From positions 28,334,001 to 28,398,000 of the forward strand of contig CM060731.1 in assembly GCA_030704615.1 (NCBI GenBank): a stretch of 64,000 nt of DNA, given 5' to 3'. Positions 60,186-64,000 of the stretch are shown here, one piece after another. The position numbers and the translations under genes are program-made. Each line of letters begins with the position of its first letter. Within the stretch, counting starts at the first letter, position 1. Source of the stretch: Takakia lepidozioides. Taxonomy: Eukaryota; Plantae; Bryophyta. The notes under the pieces were generated by a model. The model was given only the letters and a program-made list of their open reading frames with translations, did no database searches and had not been told where the DNA came from.

Positions 60186-63100
60186 TTTCCTCCCCCACGG
60201 TCCAAGGTTGATGTCCCCATCAACGCTTCTTCCGCTTTTGAGGTCGTCCTTCGAAAGCTGCAACCGCCTCGGATGCGTTCTTAATTTCTGCGGCACGCAC
60301 CCAAAATGTCTCCACATGATGATAGCCCTTCCATTTCACGAGATACTCCATTTCTCGATTATTGAACCTCCTCGACTTAAGCAATGCCTCCACCTTGTAC
60401 TCAGGTTCATTTTCATGATCCAACAGCACAGGTGGCGGATGCAACACTTGATGCCGATTCGGACGCGCCTCATCTTCGAAGTAAGGCTTCAAAATGGAGA
60501 CGTGGAATACCAGATGCACCTTGCTGTTTGCCGGCAGCTCCAATTCATACACATCCTCATTCATAATCTTCCGGATGCGAAAGGATCCTGCATACGGAGG
60601 TACGAACTTCGGACTCACTTCCGGAGGTAGTCGAATTTTTTTTATGTTCAACCAGACCTCCGTGCCTGCCTCAAACTTGACTTTCCTCCGCTTCCGATTT
60701 GTCTGCCGTTCATACCGTTTCCTAGCTTTGGCGATGTTGTACTTTGCGAGCTTCAACAAGCGCTCGTGTTCCTCCAACACCGTTGCTGCTGCCAGTTCCT
60801 CAACGTCTTGGGCAGTCCAACTTGTCGGCACTAGAGGTTCTTTTCCATAGACTAATACGAAAGGGGAAACACCCGTTGCGGAGTGTTTTGTGTTATTATA
60901 ACAGAACTCTGTCGCGTCCAAGTGCTCCACCCAGTCTGATTGGTCCGCCGACATGAAATTCCGCAAGATCTTATTTACCACGGAATTCACCTTTTCTGTT
61001 TGGCCGTCCGTCGTAGGTCGGAAGGCGGTGCTCATCTTGAGCCTCGTCCCCATCTTCCTCCAAAGTGCCCTCCAAAATTTATTCGTAAACTTTGGATCGC
61101 GATCCAAAACAATATCCTTTGGGAGTCCATGATGCTTGAAGACGTGGACGAAGTAAAGTCGCCCCGTCTCCTGTGCCGTTGCCATCTCCTTGGTAGGGAT
61201 GAAATGGCCCATTTTATTGAACCTATCCACCACAACCATGATTGCATTGAATCAGCGGCATAACAGTCATGAAATCCATCGAGACATTTTCCCAAGACCC
61301 CTCTGGAATCGGCAAGGGTAACAGCCCCGCTTGCTTTTTGTACTCGCTCCGGTTTTGTTGGCATGTGGTGCATGTCTTGACATACTCCTCGGCCTCCTCC
61401 CTCAGTTTGGGCCAAAAATACTCTTTCTTCAAGAGTGTTGCGGTGCGCTTGGCTCCGCCGTGGCCCGCAAGCGGACCATCATAGCATTCTCTTAAGAGAC
61501 TATCTCTGATCCCTCCCTTCGGCACGTAGAGACGCTTTTGCTTGTACCGGAGCAGTCCATTTTGCAAGTGGAACTGCAATTTAACCCCCATCCTCAAGTC
61601 CCGCATCATGGACTTCGCCATCTCATCCTTCCGGTAAGCCTTCCGGATCTTCCTTTGGAGTGCCGTCTCGCCCCTGTACACCATCATGAGCTGCTGCTTT
61701 CTACTTAAAGCATCGGCCACCACTTTGTCCCGTCCCGGTTTGTACTGGATATCCACGTCGAATAGTGTCAAAGTGTCTTGCCATCTAATTTGTTTTGGGG
61801 ACAACTTAGGCTGCGTGGCAAAATACTTCACCGTGACATTGTCCCGTCCCGGTTTGTACTGGATATCCACGTCGAACAGTGCCAAAGTGTCTTGCCACCT
61901 AATTTGTTTTGGGGACAACTTAGGCTGCGTGGCAAAATACTTCACCGTGACATTGTCCGTGAACAACTTCACCGGGTTGGAACCAATATAGTGGCGCCAA
62001 AGCTCAAGGCAATGCACCACCGCCTTCATTTTTTTCTCGTGCGTAGGCCACCGTCGCTCCATTTCATTCATTTTCTTACTTTCGTAAGCCACTGGACGTC
62101 CATCCTGCATGAGTACACCTCCAATCGCGAAGTCCGACGCATCCGTATGAATCTCAAATGGGCGGTCGAACTCCGGGATTTTCAGGACTGGAGCTTCCGC
62201 CATCTGCTGCTTCAACTCGGCAAAAGCTTGGCCATAAAAGGTGTTTCATACCCAGACTTGGATTTACACAGGAGGTCTGACAGCGGCCCCGCGATCTTGG
62301 CGAAATTTCTCACATACTTTTGGTGATAGGAGGCGAGTCCTAAGAATGATCGCACTCCTGGGACCGAAGTCGGAGGCTCCCAGTCCAAGATTGCTCTCAC
62401 ATTTCTGTCATCCATTTTGATCCCATCCTGTGTAATCACATGCCCCAAGAACTCCACTTTTGTGACCCCGAATTCGCACTTTGAAGCTTTGGCATACAGC
62501 TTCCCTTCCCGCAATTTCTGGAACACCCTTTTTAGGTGCTCCAGGTGTTCTTCCTTTGTTTTCGAGTACACCAAGATGTCGTCGATGTACACGATCACAA
62601 AGTCATCCAACCACTCTTAGAAAAGGCTGTTCATTAGCGTGCTAAAGATCGCGGGTGCGTTGGTGAGCCCAAAAGGCATCACAAAGAACTCGTACGAACC
62701 ATATCTTGTCTTGCATGCGGTCTTCTCTTCATCTCCTTCCGCCACTCGAATTTGATGATAGCCGGAGCGCAAATCGATCCGGCTGAAATACTTCGCTCCT
62801 GCCAACCGATCAAAAAGGTCGTCGATCCTTGGCAAAAGGTACCATTGATAGTCACCTTATTCAGAGCCCTGTAATCGACACACATCCGCAGCGTCCCATC
62901 CTTCTTGTCTGCGAATAGCACCGGGGCCCCGTAAGGTGACTTACTCGGCCGGATGTACCCTTTTGACATTAGATCTTTGAGCTGAGTTTTCAGCTCGACC
63001 AACTCTCTGTGGCTCAACCGGTAGGGCGCCTTGGCAGGCGGCTCCGATCCCAGTATCACCTCAATCTTGTGGTCAACTCCCCTTCGCGGTGGCAAGCCGC

Positions 63101-64000
63101 TTGATAAATCCTCCGACATCACATCCTGGGTATTTCTCCAAAATCCCCTTGATCCAATCTGGGCTCGGCTCCCCATCGCCTTCTTCCTTCACTTGTCTTA
63201 CATAAAGCAAAAACTGGGGCTCGTGTGACTCCTCCACGGCCCACCTTGCTGACAGAAGGTTTATTCGCCCTCCCACGGGATTGGGCGTTTCCGACACTCG
63301 TAAAACTTCGCCACCATTCCCACACGGTCGCGTGACTACTCTCTTGCGGCCATCTATGACCGCTCCGGATCTGCTCAAAAAGGTCATCCCCAAAATGAGA
63401 TCCACTCCATCGATCTCGCAAATGGTGAAGTTCTCACGTCCCTCCCAATTCCCGAGCTGAAGAGGAACATCGAACGCCAACCTTGTCGCCAATTGTGGTT
63501 CTCCTTTAGCAGAACGCACCTCCATAGAGGCCCCCACATCACTTGTCGGGAGTCCCAGCTTCCGTGCCGTTGCCGGTGTCATGAAGGAGTGCGACGCTCA
63601 TGTGTCCACCAACAAGGACACGTTTGTTCCGGAAATTATCCCACTCACAAACAATAACTGACTCCCTTTGCGCAGGGCGCCAGTCTTCTGATACAACTCA
63701 CAAGAGTAGTTGGCTACCTTGCAAGTCTTGGCAACCACCGCCTCCACCAAGCGGCTAATGGAATCCTCGGACAACTCCGTGGTTGCTCGAGTCATGTTCA
63801 ATTGTCGGGGTTTCGTGCACTTTTTAGCTATGTGCCCGGGTTCCCCGCAATTAAAGCACACTCCATCGAAGGTCGCCTTCTGTCCGCCATAAGCTGCTGC
63901 ACCTGGTTTTCCTTTCGAGGCACCGGGTGTTGTCTTGACGTGTGAGGGCCCTCCCTTCGATTTCCATGTGTCATTGTCGCAGCGTGGCCTATCCCACTTC
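58604..64000 (-). mobile_element. Ty3/Gypsy chromovirus copy 2 (same family), degenerate, cut by the window edge within gag
   Basis: Zn knuckle, protease, RT, RNase H, integrase and chromodomain ORF pieces 63861-60220 are highly similar to copy 1; PPT at 60186-60197. Confidence 0.96.

Overview
Eukaryotic nuclear DNA from a non-seed land plant, most consistent with a bryophyte (moss-type chromovirus, hAT and PLS-DYW sequences; the taxon is inferred). Two decayed copies of one Ty3/Gypsy chromovirus lie in opposite orientation at the window ends (about 321-8010 +; 58604 to the window end, -). Between them is a gene island: a GH19 chitinase with a hevein domain (+), a 7-exon plastid pyruvate kinase alpha subunit (-), a 3-exon mitochondrial ATP synthase subunit e (-), a degenerate OSB (organellar ssDNA-binding) gene (+), an intronless PLS-E1-E2-DYW PPR editing factor (+) and a temperature-induced lipocalin (-). 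After about 40.7 kb the window is a nest of transposon remnants: piggyBac-like TTAA elements, a putative Helitron with palindromic arrays, an RLE-type LINE, a PIF/Harbinger element and a hAT element. Best leads: (1) the dead OSB gene keeps an open, transit-peptide-like exon 1 whose splice phase matches acceptors just before the PPR-DYW ORF, suggesting the editing factor captured its promoter and targeting exon; (2) a LINE remnant carries a PCIF1/CAPAM-like methyltransferase domain; (3) piggyBac-like elements occur in a land plant; (4) two palindromic arrays differ by compensatory changes. All calls are by eye; no searches were run.
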